64,000 nucleotides of DNA from Squalus acanthias (lineage: Eukaryota): the NCBI GenBank assembly GCA_030390025.1, contig CM059432.1, positions 30,940,001 through 31,004,000 on the forward strand. Reading direction: 5' to 3'. Below the pieces are notes generated by a model. The model was not told the DNA's origin, did no database searches, and saw only the letters and a program-made list of their open reading frames with translations. Shown here in pieces: positions 61,070-64,000 of this stretch. Positions within the stretch are counted from its first letter, which is position 1; each line of letters begins with the position of its first letter. A program made the translations under genes and the position numbers.

Positions 61070-62362
61070 ATGGCTCAATGGGTAGCGCTCTCGCCTCTGA
61101 GTCAGAAGATTGTGGGTTCAAGTCACACTCCAGAGACTTGAGCACAAAAATCGAGGCTGACACTCCAGTGCTGAAGGAGTGCTGCACTGTCGGAGGTACC
61201 GGGCTGGATTTTCCTTGACCCGTGGAGGCGGGTTTGGAGGCGTGTGGGGGGTTAAAGTTGCAGATTCGGAGGTCCCGAACCCATCCCGTCCCCAACCCGC
61301 CTCCATGCCAGTTTCGCTGGAGGCGGGTACCCGACCTGTGCTGGGACCCACCTCCCCGAGGCGGGAAGGGGATTAGTGGCAATAAACTGCCTGTTAACAG
61401 GTAGTTAACAGGCAGTTTTTTGCCTAATCCCTATTTTGATTCGTGAAATGTGGGCTTCCCGACAGGTCCCAACCACGCCAAGTTGCGAGGCGGACTGTGG
61501 GTCTGCAGGGGTTGGAGGTGTCGATATGTCCGGTGGGTAGGTGAGTGATGAGTGCATGTGTGCAGAGGTAAGTGTGTAAGGTAAGTGTAAAGTGTGGGAA
61601 AAAGTTTTACTTACCTTAACTTCCCCCTGCAGGTGTCAGCCCTTCAGGTCTCGGGAGTCAGAAATCTCACCGGCACAGAAAGCACAATGGCCGTGGTGCT
61701 GTCAAAAACTGCAGCCTCTGTTTTCTGTGCTGGAATGATTTCTAACTCAGCCTGAGAGGAAGGACTCAAGTTAGAAGACAGATTGTCAGTGTTTGACAGC
61801 TTCACAGAGCTGTCAAACGCAGATATTTCATCTGTCAAAGCTCTTGACAGATGAAATGTCAATCTGTGACGTCACCTGTTGCCGGGTGGCCCTTAATTGG
61901 CCTGCTGAGCTCGCTGGGCGGGCTCAACAAGGTCAATCAAGTGAAAGTACAATGGGTTGGCCACAAGTCGATGGAGGCGGGACTGCAACCCAAAAAGTGG
62001 GAGTCCTGCCTCCATCACGTCCCCAGTACCAAATTCCAGCCCACCATCTTTCAGATGAGTCATTAAAACTGAAGTCTGCTCTCTCAGGTGGTCATAAAAG
62101 ATCCCATGGCACTATTTCGAAGAAGAGCAGGGGAGTTATCCCCAGTGTCCTGGCCAATATTTATCCCTTAACCAACATAACAAAAACAGATTATCCGGTC
62201 ATTATCACATTGATGTTTGTGGGAGCTTGCTGTGTGTGAATTGGCTGCCGCGTTTCCCACATTACAACAGTGTACTTCAAAAAGTACTTAATTGGCTGTA
62301 AAGCGTTTTGAGACGTCTGGTGGTCATGAAAGGCGCTATATAAATGCAAGTCATTCTTTCTT
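61070..62362 (+). mobile_element. SacSINE1-like Deu-SINE split by a MITE
   Basis: A box TGGCTCAATGG, B box GGTTCAAGTC, Deu-like core TAAAAGATCCCATGGCACTATTTCGAAGAAGAGCAGGGGAG, L2-type tail GGCGCTATATAAATGCAAG. Confidence 0.8.
61201..62042. mobile_element. PIF/Harbinger MITE, family C-related
   Basis: TIR GGGCTGGA(T/A)TTT; TSD ACC (61198-61200, 62043-62045). Confidence 0.88.
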
Positions 62363-62519
62363 TACAATACAGTAAATGAAACTCACGAGTGTATTTACTT
62401 AACAAAATCTACCACCATTCAGTACAAAACATTGCAGTCTTCCTTTCACCAAAGTTTCTGAAGAAAATAACATAAAGATTCTCTCTGTGCAACTCAATGG
62501 AATATGAATCAATTCTGTC

Positions 62520-63110
62520 TATAAATCACCCAACACCATATTTCCTTACACAGCTGACCTCACCAACAACACAGTTCATGTTATGAGTGGTGACTTTAAT
62601 AGCAATGGGACCACTCTGAGACTAATGAAGTTGGTGACTTGGTTGAAGCCTGGACAGAAACAAATTAACTGTTCCTTATACATGACCCCTAAGCTTCCCA
62701 ACTCATTCACCAATGGTCATTGGAGATGTGGATTCAACTCCGATTTGGTATTGGTCAGTAATATTATTACCAATCCATGTGAGAAAATAGTTTTAGATTC
62801 CTTCCCAAACACCAAACTATCAGAATTAAAATCAATGCGGCTGTCTCCTCGAAGACCACCTTGTTTCATCATAGTTTTAATTTTAAGACGACAGATTGGG
62901 AAGGTTTCTCAGTTGAACTGGATGCGGCCATTAAAAGATATATCTGCAACACCGGAGAGCTGTGATTGCTTTGTGGAATTGATACGGAAGGTTGCTCGAA
63001 AGAATATACCACGCGGATACCGTACAAGTGATATCCCGGGATAATCTGATAAAGCTAAAGAGTCATATGAGGGTTACATAGAACGCCTCTAGACAAACCC
63101 TTTTGATACA
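62520..63110 (+). mobile_element. Decayed LINE endonuclease region, possibly Vingi/Ingi-like
   Basis: GDFNS; PKLPNSF..G.W..GFNSDLVLVS; VARKNIPRGYRTSDIPG. Confidence 0.55.
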
Positions 63111-63122
63111 TTAACAGCATCG

Positions 63123-63390
63123 CTTATCATCGCTCCACCATTGGCGACTGTGTCTTCAGTTGCCTAGGACCTAAACTCTGGAATTCCCTCCCTAAACCTC
63201 TCCGTCTCTCTACCTCTCTTTTACTTAAGACACTTCTTAAAACCAACCTCTTTGACCAAGCTTATTGTTACCTGCCCTGATATCTCCTGATGTGGCTCGG
63301 TGTCAATTTTTTGTCTGATTACGCTCCTGTAAACCGCCTTAAGATTTTTTTCTACATTAAAGGCGCTATATAAATGCAAGTTGTTTTTAT
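63123..63390 (+). mobile_element. L2 3' fragment
   Basis: CTCTGGAATTCCCTCCCTAAACC...GGCGCTATATAAATGCAAGTTG. Confidence 0.85.
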
Positions 63391-63568
63391 TGTTCACAGC
63401 AGCAGGAAAGCTTGGAGGACTATATGAGTATTCAGCAATGACTCCACAAAACTGAACACACACTTCAACGTCACAGCAGATCAAGTTTCCCACCAGCTTC
63501 TCCTAAATAGCCGAGAAAGTTCCAACTGTAGTGCTAATAGGACCAAATTAGCAAGACCCCTTGATTCA

Positions 63569-64000
63569 GGGCAACACGGTGGCATAGTGGTTAGCACTGG
63601 TGCCTCACAGCGCCAGAGACCCGGGTTCGAATCTGGCCTCGGGTGACTGTCTGTGTGGAGTTTGCACATTCTCCCCGTGTCTGCGTGGGTTTCCTCCGGG
63701 TGCTCCGGTTTCCTCCCACAGTCCAAAAATGTGTGGGTTAGGTTGATTTGGCTATGATAAATTGACCCTTAGTGTTAGGGGGGATTAAATATGTGGGGTT
63801 ATGGGGATAGGATGGGATATGTTAGGGGGAATTAAATACGTGGGGTTACGGGGGTAGGGTGGGATATGTGTACTGTGGGGATTAAAGCAGGGACAGGGTA
63901 CTGGATTTGGATGATCAGCCATGATCGTATTGAATGGCGGAGCAGGCTCGACGGGCCGAATGGCCTACTCCTGCTCCTAGATTCTATGTTTCTATGTTTC
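63569..64000 (+). mobile_element. HE1/V-SINE with CR1-derived tail
   Basis: Near-identical to 33986-34409. Confidence 0.9.

Overview
Repeat-dense vertebrate DNA, inferred to be from a cartilaginous fish (shark-type CR1/HER1 LINEs, HE1/V-SINEs, SacSINE1-like Deu-SINEs, L2, RTE). The only host gene I can support is the 5' end of CRHR1 on the + strand. Its coding exon 1 (44177-44218) and exon 2 (59841-59925) are too short for the ORF track and were found by hand; the ~44 kb upstream is intergenic. The rest is mostly nested transposable elements: several CR1 families (one with a 786-aa open ORF2 fragment), L2, two RTE copies, two solo LTRs and about a dozen PIF/Harbinger non-autonomous elements with 3-bp TSDs, some carrying Myb/SANT and transposase remnants. 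There is also a young Neptune-type Penelope element (RT + GIY-YIG). Highlights: (i) minimal hammerhead ribozymes from two Penelope families, including protein-less fold-back insertions, one inside CRHR1 intron 1; (ii) a Harbinger MITE family with a covarying internal hairpin, promoter motifs and clustered splice donors, two copies of which hit the same codon of CR1 RT; (iii) a 1.8-kb palindrome made of two MITEs; (iv) a 41-bp TSD; (v) SINE tail exchange. Family names come from motif recognition, not database searches, and boundaries of old repeats are approximate.
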